DNA of 54,518 nucleotides from a candidate division WOR-3 bacterium (GTDB lineage Bacteria > Hydrothermota > Hydrothermia > B15-G9 > WFZT01). Positions 39,195 through 49,225 of this stretch are shown piece after piece. How positions within the stretch are numbered: the stretch's first letter is position 1; each line of letters opens with the position of its first letter. A model generated the notes under the pieces. That model had not been told where the DNA came from, did not search any database, and saw only the letters and a list, made by a program, of their open reading frames with translations. Both the position numbers and the translations under genes were made by a program. Where the stretch lies: contig JALUEE010000023.1 of assembly GCA_027053075.1 (NCBI GenBank), forward strand, positions 1 to 54,518. The letters run 5' to 3'.

Positions 39195-39800
39195 ATTTCT
39201 CCTCTCCTCGCATAAATTCGTTGCGGGGAGAGGTCAGGTGAGGGGCTACAACTTATAATTTTTATAGCAAAGGTCAATCATTCTCCCTTTCCTGCTTCGC
39301 GGAAGAGTGAAAGGGTTTACATTTTGATTTTTTAAATTTTAAGAGGTATGCCCCTCCTTTGCCCTCCCCTGCAAGCGAAGCTTGCGGGGGAGGGCAAATT
39401 TTCTGCCATTTCTGGCCACAATCTTCGCTCAGGGAAAATTTTCGGGTGTTCTAAGCGCATAATTTGTGCTTGCAGGGATGAATATGTGACTTTTTAACCA
39501 CCAGAATCGGCTTGTAAGTTCAATCATTAGACCCTACATCCAAAAACTTCCTCTCCCCGCGTAAATTCATTGCGGGGAGAGGTCAGGTGAGGGGCAACGT
39601 CAAAGTTTTTTGCAAATTAAAGATTAAATGAATGAGCATATTGAGTTGGATTTACGTTTGATGACCCACCAAAAAGATTCTCTTCTCCCCGCATAAATTC
39701 GTCACGGGGAGAGGGCAGGTGAGGGGCTACATCTGAATTTTTAAAATTCCCAAGAGAAAAGCCTCGCCCACTTGCAAAGCAAGTGGGCGAGGGGGAAACT
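39195..39800. repeat. Cluster of six REP-like hairpins
   Basis: Three near-identical CTC(C/T)CCGC..AAATTC..CGGGGAGAGG.CAGGTGAGGGGC units (about 39200, 39550, 39683) plus three related hairpins; irregular spacing. Confidence 0.8.
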
Positions 39801-39892
39801 CAGACACTCACTTATTCCTCAGCAGAATAAATTTTCGAATACCATCCCCAACTCTTGACACAGAAAAGGGTTGGGTTTAGTTTATTACACGT

Positions 39893-40498
39893 ATGAAAAG
39901 GGTGATTCTTGGAATACTTATAGCAGGATTTCTTCATGCCGGGAGTATCGTAATAAATGAGGTATCTCTCGGCAACTTAAAATGGGTAGAGCTTTACAAT
40001 ACCACTTCCCAATCCATCAATTTAAATGGGTGGAAAATTAGAAATAGCTCAGGGGAGGATGAGCTTAACGGAATTATCAGGCCCCATTCATATTTTTTAA
40101 TTGTTTCTTATCTATCCGACTTTTATGCTGTTTACCCGGACGTCTCCTGCCCCAAATATGAGCCAGCTGACCATACCATTGGCTCAGGTCTTAGAAGGAG
40201 CGCAGACATGCTACAGCTTATTGACTCGGATGGCAATGTGGTTGACCAGATCAACTGGGGTACACCTGATCCTTCCTGGCCCAATTACACGGTTTCACTC
40301 TGGTATCCAGGGATCTTACTAAACTCCGATATACTTGCGAGAATCCCCAATGGACGTGATCGTAACGCCTCCACAGACTGGCGCGTGCCCTCTCACGCTA
40401 CACCAGGCAGTTCCAACCCCGTTATGTCAGGGCTCGATTCGAGCTCATGGGGTAAAATCAAAGCACTGTTTGGAGCCTCCGGGGGTAAGTTCCTGTAA
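39893..40498 (+). CDS. Secreted lamin-tail-domain protein with C-terminal SWGKIKALF motif
   Basis: Signal peptide; IVINEV, WVELYN, INLNGWKI, TPGSSN. Confidence 0.8.
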   Translation: MKRVILGILIAGFLHAGSIVINEVSLGNLKWVELYNTTSQSINLNGWKIRNSSGEDELNGIIRPHSYFLIVSYLSDFYAVYPDVSCPKYEPADHTIGSGLRRSADMLQLIDSDGNVVDQINWGTPDPSWPNYTVSLWYPGILLNSDILARIPNGRDRNASTDWRVPSHATPGSSNPVMSGLDSSSWGKIKALFGASGGKFL

Positions 40499-41962
40499 AT
40501 GAAAATCCTCTGGATTGACGATGAAATTGAGGGATTTAAGCCCCACCTGAAATTCCTCGAACGCGAAGGTATCGAGGTAAAAACCATTGATCGTCCCGAA
40601 GAGGCACTTCGCACATTGAGGAAGGAGACCTTTGACCTCATTCTCCTGGATTACCGAATGCCCGGACTGAATGGACTTCAAACCCTTAAAAAAATAAAGA
40701 GAATTTCTCCCAACATTCCCGTCGCACTGGTTTCCATGATATCTGATAAGGACGTCATTGAAGAAACTATTGCAGAAGACATTTTTGACTATATCATCAA
40801 ACCTGTTAAACCAACACAGATCCTTGCTCTTGTTAAACGCCTTGAAGCTGACAAGCTTAAGGAAAAGCTCAAGGGTAAAAAGCTGTCCGAGAGATACTCT
40901 GAAATTCTCGAACTACCTGAGAATTTTGAGGGCTGGCTGAAAAAAGGACAGGCCTTACTTACATGGAAGGCAGAGACACCAAACGATGAAACGTTGATAG
41001 AAGAAATTTCTTCGCAGAACAACGCCTTCGCCAAGTGGGTTTTTGAAAACTACAAAAACCTTTTTAATGAGGACCACCTGAGAAGCTATAATCTTGTTGA
41101 AAAAGAGATCATTCCCCTCCTCAAAAGTGGCGAAAAGGTTATGTTTTTCGTCTTCGACAGTTTCCGCTTCGACCAGTTTATCGGAATGGTTAAAACCCTT
41201 CCCGGAAGTATTAAGGTTTCTATCAAACCGTACATGGGAATTCTTCCAACTGCCACAGTTTATGCGAGAAATGCACTTTTTGCAGGCAAGACTCCCATTG
41301 AGATCTACCATGCCCATCCGGATTGGCTTGCTGACAACAGGCACGAGATGGAATTACTAAGAGAAAACCTGATTTACCATGGGCTCAAAGATGTGGAATT
41401 TAACTTTCAGAAGATCAATTCTCAGACCCACCTGAAGTCACTCTCCATCAAGGGAGCTCAGTTTGAAGTCTTTGTAATTAACTTCCTCGATCTAATTTCC
41501 CACCTCAGACAGGAGGTTGAAGCTCTAAAAGACATAGCTGGTGACGAAGCATCATTTATCAGATGGTGTAACTTTATCCTCCAGGATGCAAAGCTTTATG
41601 AATTCTTCAAGAAATCAATTGACATGGGATACACCATATTTGCCACCACAGACCATGGTTGGGTGGAGGTCAAACATCCTGTGATTATCATAGGGGGCGA
41701 GGATCTCACTCCTGGCTTGAGGTTTAAGTTTGGGGATTCCGCAAGGGTAAAAGACAAGGGAGCCTTCATGGTCTATAATCTCAAAGAATGGAAATTACCG
41801 GTTGTAAAATCAAAGTCAAGGCTTGCTATAACCTACGAATATTACTTCCTTGTCTATCCATCAGACCCAAATGTTTATAAAAAGATTTACGAGGGGGGCA
41901 TTTTCCATGGGGGAATCACACTTGAGGAGCTAATTCTTCCGGTCTTAAAATTGTCCTCATGA
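40499..41962 (+). CDS. porX: PorX-like response regulator (receiver plus PglZ/alkaline-phosphatase-like domain)
   Basis: ILWIDDE, LDYRMPG, KP receiver; FDSFRFDQ, LPTATVYARNALFAG, TTDHG, FHGGITLEELILP. Confidence 0.85.
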   Translation: MKILWIDDEIEGFKPHLKFLEREGIEVKTIDRPEEALRTLRKETFDLILLDYRMPGLNGLQTLKKIKRISPNIPVALVSMISDKDVIEETIAEDIFDYIIKPVKPTQILALVKRLEADKLKEKLKGKKLSERYSEILELPENFEGWLKKGQALLTWKAETPNDETLIEEISSQNNAFAKWVFENYKNLFNEDHLRSYNLVEKEIIPLLKSGEKVMFFVFDSFRFDQFIGMVKTLPGSIKVSIKPYMGILPTATVYARNALFAGKTPIEIYHAHPDWLADNRHEMELLRENLIYHGLKDVEFNFQKINSQTHLKSLSIKGAQFEVFVINFLDLISHLRQEVEALKDIAGDEASFIRWCNFILQDAKLYEFFKKSIDMGYTIFATTDHGWVEVKHPVIIIGGEDLTPGLRFKFGDSARVKDKGAFMVYNLKEWKLPVVKSKSRLAITYEYYFLVYPSDPNVYKKIYEGGIFHGGITLEELILPVLKLSS

Positions 41963-44900
41963 ACGTAATTTCATCCATTAAACAGAGAGCTATATTTTTC
42001 ATCCTGCTTGAATCACTTGCGCTATGGCTTGGCATCGCGGCAATTTCTTTTGCCATTACACCAATCTCAACTGTCCTTGCAGGTATCATCTTCATCCTCT
42101 CTCCACTTCCTTCAATTTACTATTTCATTAAGAAGGGTCTCTACTTCCTGAACGACCGCAATATTGCACGTCTAATCGAAAAAGCCTATCCTGAGTTTGA
42201 AAACAGACTATCCGCCGTTTTCGATCTCGACGAGGGCGATTACTCTGAATTTTTGGTTGAAAAACTTATCAAAGAAACGGACGAGCTCCTTGCAAAGGTA
42301 AAACCCGGGAAGGTTTATCATCCTGATACCAGACTTTTCAGGTTCTCACTCTACTCACTTGCGGGATTTTTGATACTTTTTAATGTGTTCGCTGATAAAT
42401 ACACCCGCAGTATCCTCGACCTTGTTGGTGCAGGGATAAGGGTCCAGAAATACGCAGTCATTAAGCCCGCCCGGGTAACTGCTTTCTCAGACTCAACCGT
42501 AACTCTCAAGCTTCTACCGGTAAACTTCAAAGCCGAGAGCACAAAAATTATGGTCTACGGAGACAGCTCTAAAATGGTATTCACACCTGACACGATTTTA
42601 AGTGGAATGCTGATTTACAGATTGAGGGCCTTGAGACCCGGCATTTACCATGCCAGGGCCACAGATGGATTTATTAGTAATGCCGTCTTCCTCAAGATCG
42701 TGGAAAAGCCTTTCATAGATTCCGTTGTGGTCAGAGCCAAAATGCCATCCTACCTTGGCTCAAGCGTTTACACGGTAAAAAATCCCCGCTACCTCGCATA
42801 TCTTGGTGGCACACGCCTTGAGCTCCTCATATATTCCATTACCTCGGATTCCGTCCGATGGGAAAGCAAAACATTAAAGAGACAAAATTCAGCCTATCAT
42901 CTCAGCCTTACAGTTAGGGACACCCTAAATCTGAGATTCACCCTTTTCCATTCAGGGCTCTCCACTTCTTCGCCTTATGAAATATCCGTGATTCCCATCA
43001 ATGACAATCCGCCGGGAGTGGAAATTCTCTTTCCACAGGGCACAGTTAACCTTCCAGAAGATATGAAAGTACCGTTGATTATTAGAAGTTACGATGACTT
43101 CGGACTCAAATCATTGGGACTCGTCATCAAATACGCGAATCACGTCTCGGATACCACCATCAAAAGGTTTAAAGGGGAATTTGAGGACACCACGGCTCTC
43201 AAAGTAAGCCTCGAGAATCTTTCCATGATGCCCGGCGACGAGGCCTACATTTATGCTGTCGCCACTGATTTGAAAAATCAATCTGACACCTCCGACGCAC
43301 TCATCGTGAGATTTCCCACCCTTGAGGAAATGTACCAGCAATCCCAGGCTGTTAGTGATACGGGCATCACAACCATTAAGGACATAAAGAAACATACTGA
43401 AAAAATAATGGAAAAGATCAACCAGCTCGAGACTCTGCTCAAGAGCGAGAGAAAGGTAGACTGGTCCAAAAAGCAATCCCTAAAGGAGCTCGTAGAAAAC
43501 GAGAAGAAATTCCTCGAACAAGTGAAGAAATCATTTGAGCGAATAAATAGATCCCTCGAACAGCTTCAGCAACAGATCAATATGGACCCTGAGCTGGTCA
43601 AAAAAATTCAGGAAATACAAAAGCTCTTCCAGGAATCAATGACTGACGAGCTGAGGAAAATGCTGGAGAACCTGAACAAACTTATGCAAAAGAAGGTGAC
43701 TCCTGAGCAACTTGCGAAGGCACTGGAAAATCTAAAGCTCAATCAGGAAGTTTTGAAACGTAACCTTGAGCGAATGGAGAATATCCTCAAGAAATTTGCC
43801 GAGGAGCAAAAATTAAAAGAATTCGCGGAAAGGATGCGAGAACTTGAAAACGAAGAGGAGATTTTAAAAAGCAGGATCGAGGCAGGCGATACATCCAGCG
43901 CAATTCTATCGAAGCAAAAGGAAATTACGAAAAAAATAGAAAATCTCAAGCAGGAAATATCAGAATTTTCTAAAAATGTGAGCGATAAAAAACTCCAGAA
44001 GTCGCTTGAGAACCTTGCAAATGTAGACTTTAAATCACTGGAACAAATGTCCACACAATCCGCAAGTTCTATTGAAAAGGGGGACAAAGAAGGGACTTTA
44101 AAGAAAATGGAGAAAACTGCCAAGAAGATGGAAGATGTGGCACAAAAACTCGAAAACATGCGAAAGAACCTTGTTAATCGCCGAAAGAAGGAGCTTGTCA
44201 AAAAAATCCGAAAGGTCCGACAGGGCTTGATCTTCTCCTCATCACTGCAGGTAAAGGTGAATAAATCCGTACCGGAACTCAAAAGAAATGTTAAAACGAG
44301 CTATTTTAACCTTGCTCAGGACGAGGAAGGGGCGCTAAGTGCCACCCAGCAGAGTTTCAAGGGTATGCTTGAAATATTCAAAAATACAATGGCTTTATCA
44401 CCCAAGGCCCTCGGTCTCACCTATGGAGCCATGGAGACCATGAAAGGGATTAAGACATCCTTTGAACTCTTCAGAACCCCGTCACCCAGTGAGCTATCAA
44501 AGGCCCTTGCTTACGTTAACCTCGCTATACTCGAGCTCTATGGAGCGGAGAAAAACCTTCAGCAGGGCAAAGGGAGCTCCACATATTTCGAAGAGGCGAT
44601 GAAAAAACTCTCCGAGGCCGCCCGCAAACAGGCATCATTGAATCAGCAGGGAAAAAGTATGATGTCCATGCCAAACCCCGCCATGAGCCAGCTACTCTCG
44701 ATGGCTGCCCAGCAGGCGGCAATCCAGCAGCTCGTTAACCAGGCCATGAAACTCTCTCAGGGCTCGCAGAATCTTGCCAGAATGCTTCAGGAGATTTCAA
44801 AAGAGATGAGTGAAGTGGAAAAGACTCTGAAACAGGGCAAATACAACGAGAAAATCTACCGCAAGCAAAAAAAGCTTCTTGTCCGGCTTTTAGAGGCTCA

Positions 44901-45108
44901 GAGATCAATACACAAGCAGGAGTTTGCAAGGAGGAGGGAATCTAAAACTGGTAAATCTTACAAAACCACCTCTCCTGGCGAAGTTAAAGAGGAGGTTTTG
45001 AGGAAAAGGATTAAAACCCTTCTCTTTGACATTGACAGAGATAAAAGCATCCCCGAGGATTACAAGGTCTTGATAAAGGCCTATCTTAAGTCTCTTCTGG
45101 AGGAATGA
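41959..45108 (+). CDS. DUF4175-like membrane-anchored protein with long coiled coil
   Basis: N-terminal TMs, ARLIE..PE..NRL, D.PP.V, DDFGL, PGD..Y, then Q/K/E-rich coiled coil ending IP..YK..IKAY. Confidence 0.7.
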   Translation: MNVISSIKQRAIFFILLESLALWLGIAAISFAITPISTVLAGIIFILSPLPSIYYFIKKGLYFLNDRNIARLIEKAYPEFENRLSAVFDLDEGDYSEFLVEKLIKETDELLAKVKPGKVYHPDTRLFRFSLYSLAGFLILFNVFADKYTRSILDLVGAGIRVQKYAVIKPARVTAFSDSTVTLKLLPVNFKAESTKIMVYGDSSKMVFTPDTILSGMLIYRLRALRPGIYHARATDGFISNAVFLKIVEKPFIDSVVVRAKMPSYLGSSVYTVKNPRYLAYLGGTRLELLIYSITSDSVRWESKTLKRQNSAYHLSLTVRDTLNLRFTLFHSGLSTSSPYEISVIPINDNPPGVEILFPQGTVNLPEDMKVPLIIRSYDDFGLKSLGLVIKYANHVSDTTIKRFKGEFEDTTALKVSLENLSMMPGDEAYIYAVATDLKNQSDTSDALIVRFPTLEEMYQQSQAVSDTGITTIKDIKKHTEKIMEKINQLETLLKSERKVDWSKKQSLKELVENEKKFLEQVKKSFERINRSLEQLQQQINMDPELVKKIQEIQKLFQESMTDELRKMLENLNKLMQKKVTPEQLAKALENLKLNQEVLKRNLERMENILKKFAEEQKLKEFAERMRELENEEEILKSRIEAGDTSSAILSKQKEITKKIENLKQEISEFSKNVSDKKLQKSLENLANVDFKSLEQMSTQSASSIEKGDKEGTLKKMEKTAKKMEDVAQKLENMRKNLVNRRKKELVKKIRKVRQGLIFSSSLQVKVNKSVPELKRNVKTSYFNLAQDEEGALSATQQSFKGMLEIFKNTMALSPKALGLTYGAMETMKGIKTSFELFRTPSPSELSKALAYVNLAILELYGAEKNLQQGKGSSTYFEEAMKKLSEAARKQASLNQQGKSMMSMPNPAMSQLLSMAAQQAAIQQLVNQAMKLSQGSQNLARMLQEISKEMSEVEKTLKQGKYNEKIYRKQKKLLVRLLEAQRSIHKQEFARRRESKTGKSYKTTSPGEVKEEVLRKRIKTLLFDIDRDKSIPEDYKVLIKAYLKSLLEE

Positions 45109-45109
45109 G

Positions 45110-46009
45110 ATGAGGGTTGTGTATTCAGAAAAATACGTCACCATGGATTTAGAGGGGCATGTATTTCCCAACACCAAGTACAAATTAATTTTAGAAGAGC
45201 TTGAGAAATTAGGGGTGGTTGACGAAGTGCTGCCACCCATTGAGATTTCACCTCAAGACCTCGAAATAGTCCACGAGAGGGAATACATTGACGATTTTGT
45301 AAATTTGAGACGGACTTTCAGGACTCTAAGGAGTGAAATGCCTTTAAATAAATCGATCGTAGAGGGATTTATCCTTATGGCTGGCGGAACACTTCAGGCG
45401 TCCTACGTCGCACTCGAGGACGGATTTGGGTACCACATCGGCGGAGGATTCCATCATGCATACGAAGATCACGCTGAAGGATTTTGCTATGTCAACGACA
45501 TTGCCTTTGCCATAAAGAAATTGAAACTTGAGGGAAAAATTAAAAGGGCGGCCGTAATTGACTGTGATCTGCATCAGGGCAATGGCACTGCACACATTTT
45601 TAGAAATGACCCGGACGTTTTTACATTTTCCATCCACGAGGACCCAATATATCCCTGGCCCAAAGAGAAAAGCGACTGGGATATAGGCCTTCCGGCTCTG
45701 ACCGGGGATGAAGAGTATATGAGGAGACTTCGGGAAGCAGTTCCAAAAATTTATGACGATTTTAAGCCAGAATTTGTGATTTACCAGGCTGGGGCTGACC
45801 CCTACAGAAAGGACATCTTGGGCGACCTGATGCTTTCCATCGAAGGATTGAAAGAAAGGGACGAGATAGTCCTTGGCGAAGCCCACAAGAGAGGCATTCC
45901 GGTTGCAATTACCCTTGGTGGAGGATACGCTCCCAACCTACAGGATACAGTAAAAATCCACGTCAACACCGCCCTCGTCGCGAATGAATTGTTGAAAAAT
46001 TTAGCCTGA
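45110..46009 (+). CDS. Histone deacetylase family (acetylpolyamine/acetoin-type) amidohydrolase
   Basis: GGGFHHA, GFCYVND, IDCDLHQGNGT, AGADP, GGGY. Confidence 0.93.
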   Translation: MRVVYSEKYVTMDLEGHVFPNTKYKLILEELEKLGVVDEVLPPIEISPQDLEIVHEREYIDDFVNLRRTFRTLRSEMPLNKSIVEGFILMAGGTLQASYVALEDGFGYHIGGGFHHAYEDHAEGFCYVNDIAFAIKKLKLEGKIKRAAVIDCDLHQGNGTAHIFRNDPDVFTFSIHEDPIYPWPKEKSDWDIGLPALTGDEEYMRRLREAVPKIYDDFKPEFVIYQAGADPYRKDILGDLMLSIEGLKERDEIVLGEAHKRGIPVAITLGGGYAPNLQDTVKIHVNTALVANELLKNLA

Positions 46010-46037
46010 GAGGCCGCTAAAAGGTTTTATCACTTCT

Positions 46038-46389
46038 GAGCTCGTTAGAAAATCCCCACCTCCTATCCTCCTGACGTCACCCACGAATTTCTGGATAACA
46101 ACACCTTATCCCTTGCCACGGCTTCAAAAAGGTGTACTACGCTCTATATTTGGACACTCTCTTTATTCGGTATAAACGAATATATCCTTCAGGTAAAATT
46201 GTTGATTTACTACGAAAAATTGAATTTCTCGCCCAGATTGTATTGTATAAATATACATGACAAGCAAAAACATGGGTGATGTCAGCCTCCTATCCTCCCC
46301 CCACGCACGATGTGCGTGGGGGGAGGAATAAGGTGGTGGGCAAATTTTTCATTAAAATTCAAAGGTTTTGAAATTTTTCGAACACGCTC
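46038..46389. mobile_element. MITE family A copy (reverse orientation) interrupted by a second element
   Basis: Ends GAGCTCGTTAGAAAA / TTTTCGAACACGCTC; flanks TATCACTTCT / TATCACTCCT (10 bp, one mismatch). Confidence 0.85.
46071..46285. mobile_element. 215-bp non-autonomous element (MITE family B) with 12-bp target duplication
   Basis: TIRs CTGACGTCACCCA / TGGGTGATGTCAG; CCTCCTATCCTC at 46059-46070 and 46286-46297. Confidence 0.88.
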
Positions 46390-46510
46390 TATCACTCCTT
46401 GACTCAAATACCTATTAATCATTGGCTTTATAAATTTTCGATTGATTGCATTCCTTGTTGTGAAAAGTTTACAAAAGAATTTAGGCAAGACGTATTTGTA
46501 TGATTTTCGT

Positions 46511-46661
46511 TCTTCCCCATTTTCCTAAACCCCTACTTTCCGCGGGAAGTAAGGGAAATTTTTGGCTTTATGGTAAAGATTTCGTCCATGGCGTGCTTGC
46601 TCGAGCAAAAATAGAGCTCCCTCCCTTCCCGTTGGGAAGGGAGGGCTGGGGTGGAATGGGT
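46511..46661. repeat. REP-like hairpin doublet
   Basis: GGGAAGGGAGGGCTGGGGTGGAATGGG identical to the unit near 2977-3003, plus a degenerate partner. Confidence 0.7.
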
Positions 46662-46772
46662 AATTTATTGCCATCAAGATTAGAACTTGTCGATGGAGAT
46701 AGCAGCGGGAGAAATAGTTAACAGGAAGTCTCCGATATTACCAGGTCAAACTTCCAGCTTTAAAATATCCCT

Positions 46773-47510
46773 ATGATTCAAAGAGTGAGTTTTAAAAATT
46801 CAAAAGGTCTGGTGCTTGCTGGAATTTTGCATAAACCTGAAAATCCTCGAAAGACGGGGGTCATAATTGCCCACGGATTCACAGGTCACAAAGATGCTAA
46901 TTTTATCCCAGAGCTTGCATCCCACCTTGAATCAAAAAACTTCACGGTCCTCAGGTTCGATTTCTCAGGCAATGGTGAGAGCGAAGGGAAATTCGAAGAA
47001 GGTACATGGACTCAGTTCGCGGATGACCTCAATTCCGCCATCAATTTTCTCAGAGGCATTCACAATGGCCCTTTAGCGGTCATTGGCTTCAGCATGGGAG
47101 GAGCTGTCTCAATCATTGCCTACTCAAAATACAAAAACTTTGATAAACTGGTCCTCATTGCCCCTGCTATAAAACCTGCAACAGATAAATTCCTGAAGAT
47201 CGCATTGGCAAGTATCAAAGAAAAAGGTTACGTGGAATTTGAGGATATCAAAGGCAGGAAATGGAAATTGAATAAGGATTATTTCGAAGACCGGGAGAGG
47301 TACAATTTACTCGGACTCGGCAAAGTAATCGATATCCCAGTGCTCATTATCATTGGTGATAAAGACGATACAGTGAGCATAGATGCAGCTCGCGAGTTTT
47401 ATCAGCAATGTCCAGAAGGCCGGAAATTCGTAGTTGTCAAGGGAGAAAATCACGTCTTCCACAACAGAGCTACCTCCTTGATACCCCACATTGATGAATT
47501 TCTCAAGTAA
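46773..47510 (+). CDS. Alpha/beta-fold hydrolase
   Basis: HGFTG, RFDFSGNGESEG, GFSMGG nucleophile, GDKDDTV, ENHVF. Confidence 0.9.
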   Translation: MIQRVSFKNSKGLVLAGILHKPENPRKTGVIIAHGFTGHKDANFIPELASHLESKNFTVLRFDFSGNGESEGKFEEGTWTQFADDLNSAINFLRGIHNGPLAVIGFSMGGAVSIIAYSKYKNFDKLVLIAPAIKPATDKFLKIALASIKEKGYVEFEDIKGRKWKLNKDYFEDRERYNLLGLGKVIDIPVLIIIGDKDDTVSIDAAREFYQQCPEGRKFVVVKGENHVFHNRATSLIPHIDEFLK

Positions 47511-47545
47511 AAAGAGCCTCCGTAAACTCAGGGTAAAATCACGTG

Positions 47546-48895
47546 CTAATTAAGCCCAAGAATACTCTGGAAATCCCTTGCGTTCCTTACCCTATCAAGA
47601 TTAAGCGAAAATTCGACAAGTTTGTTCATTAAATCTTCCCCAATAAATCCGCTGGTGAGAGTTTTAAACTTCTCAATCAATTCATCTTCTGTCAAAGGAT
47701 TTTCGGGATCGCCTTTGGGATAAAAGGATTCGCTCACAATGTTCTCGCCATCACACAAAATTACTTCTACCCGCGAAGCCCATTTTTCCGGGTAAACGCG
47801 GGTATATTCCGGGGCATGGTAGACCTTGATTTTTTTCATAAGTGCCTTGATAGTGGGGTCGTTGAGATTAGACTCATTAAACATATCCGGCGTTATTCTT
47901 TTTCTGGTGAGCAAAAGGGCAATAGTGAACTGGAGGGAAAATTTTGCCTGATATGGATTTACTGGCTCTGGATTATCCACAAGGTCATAAGAAATCTTGT
48001 AAGTGTAAACGGCTATCTCTTTTATCCTGGATGGGTCCAGTTTATCAAGAATTCTATAAACGGCATCAAGAGCGGGATGTGTATGCCTGCATGAAGCAAA
48101 ATATTTTATTGAGGTTTCGCTGAGCTTGAAACCATCTCCAAGCCCATCAAGAAGCTTCTCCATGTGAGGTTCACGAGATGTGGCTTTTATAAATCCCTTT
48201 TCACCTTCAAGGATGGTTTTTGCCCCCTTAAAACCCTTGAAAGCAAGCACTGCGGAAAGTGCTCCATTAAAGGCCGCCTTAGCAGTATGTAGTTGCTTTG
48301 AGTGTGCACCGTGTTTTAAAAATTCCCAGACACCTGCAGCCTGAGTCCCGGCATTTCCAAGTGCATCAATCATCTTTTCTACATCGCAACCCAAAAGCTT
48401 GCAAACACCAGCGGCTGCACCAAACGTGCCAGCTGTACCAGTTGTGTGAAAATACTGGTAGTGCGATGTACCCAGTGCCTCCCCTACCCTGATACCGGCC
48501 TCATATCCAGTTACAATTGCAGTAATCACGTCTCTGCCGTCTTTTTCCAGCTCTTCAGCGTATGAGAAAACGGCAGATATCACAGGAGCTGCAGGATGAA
48601 GTATAGACGAGCGATGCAGATCATCCATTTCAGCCACGTGGGCAGACGCTGCATTGACAAAACCTGCCCACAAAGGAGTAAAAAGTTTTCTCCCTGGAAT
48701 TGAAGTAGCCTTACCAGGCTTCCCATTTTCCGTTGCCACATCGAGCAGGACTTTTACGGGAAAACTCTCTGAGCCAGCGAAAACTGATCCAAGCCAGTCA
48801 AGAAAAAGTTCCTTTGTGTAGGTAACGGTTTTCTCATCTAAGTCACCAAACTTTATAGATGCCAGAAATTTTGCAAGTTCTAAAGTCTCACCCAT
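47546..48895 (-). CDS. MmgE/PrpD family protein
   Basis: AHVAEMDD, HPAAPV, FHTTGT, KQLH, CRHTH, AKFS, PKGDPENP. Confidence 0.92.
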   Translation of the reverse strand: MGETLELAKFLASIKFGDLDEKTVTYTKELFLDWLGSVFAGSESFPVKVLLDVATENGKPGKATSIPGRKLFTPLWAGFVNAASAHVAEMDDLHRSSILHPAAPVISAVFSYAEELEKDGRDVITAIVTGYEAGIRVGEALGTSHYQYFHTTGTAGTFGAAAGVCKLLGCDVEKMIDALGNAGTQAAGVWEFLKHGAHSKQLHTAKAAFNGALSAVLAFKGFKGAKTILEGEKGFIKATSREPHMEKLLDGLGDGFKLSETSIKYFASCRHTHPALDAVYRILDKLDPSRIKEIAVYTYKISYDLVDNPEPVNPYQAKFSLQFTIALLLTRKRITPDMFNESNLNDPTIKALMKKIKVYHAPEYTRVYPEKWASRVEVILCDGENIVSESFYPKGDPENPLTEDELIEKFKTLTSGFIGEDLMNKLVEFSLNLDRVRNARDFQSILGLN

Positions 48896-48941
48896 AATAA
48901 AGATGATAAACCCACACCGGGAAATATTCTACTGATTGATA

Positions 48942-49060
48942 GAACCTGTCAGAAAAATTCAAAAACCTTTGATTTTTAATAAAAAATTCCCCCCACTTTA
49001 TTCCTCCCCCCACGTACAAAGTGCGTGGGGGAGGATAGTGAGCATTTTCCCAAGAAGTTT
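48942..49060. repeat. Degenerate MITE family A copy
   Basis: GAACCTGTCAGAAAAATT..CCTTTGATTTTTAAT..CCCCCACGTACAAAGTGCGTGGGGGAGGATAG; right end decayed and no duplication seen. Confidence 0.75.
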
Positions 49061-49225
49061 GTGTGAAAGAAATTCTTCATAAATATGCAGAAATCCACAA
49101 TTATCCGAATGAGTTTAAAACTCCATTACATTTTCGCACAAACTCACTATCAAAAAACCTGCAAGAAATCTTCAAAAGGGCAATATTTGTTGAAATGCTG
49201 CGAGATTAGAGTTATAAATAGGTCA

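Noticed and set aside
39195..39800. Possible CRISPR array (also 9219-9650)
   Set aside because: Units are degenerate, irregularly spaced and dispersed in both orientations, and there are no cas genes. REP-like instead.
49085..49225. N-terminal extension of the HD-GYP ORF
   Set aside because: Looks like AT-rich promoter sequence with no RBS; ATG 49226 is more plausible, though unproven.
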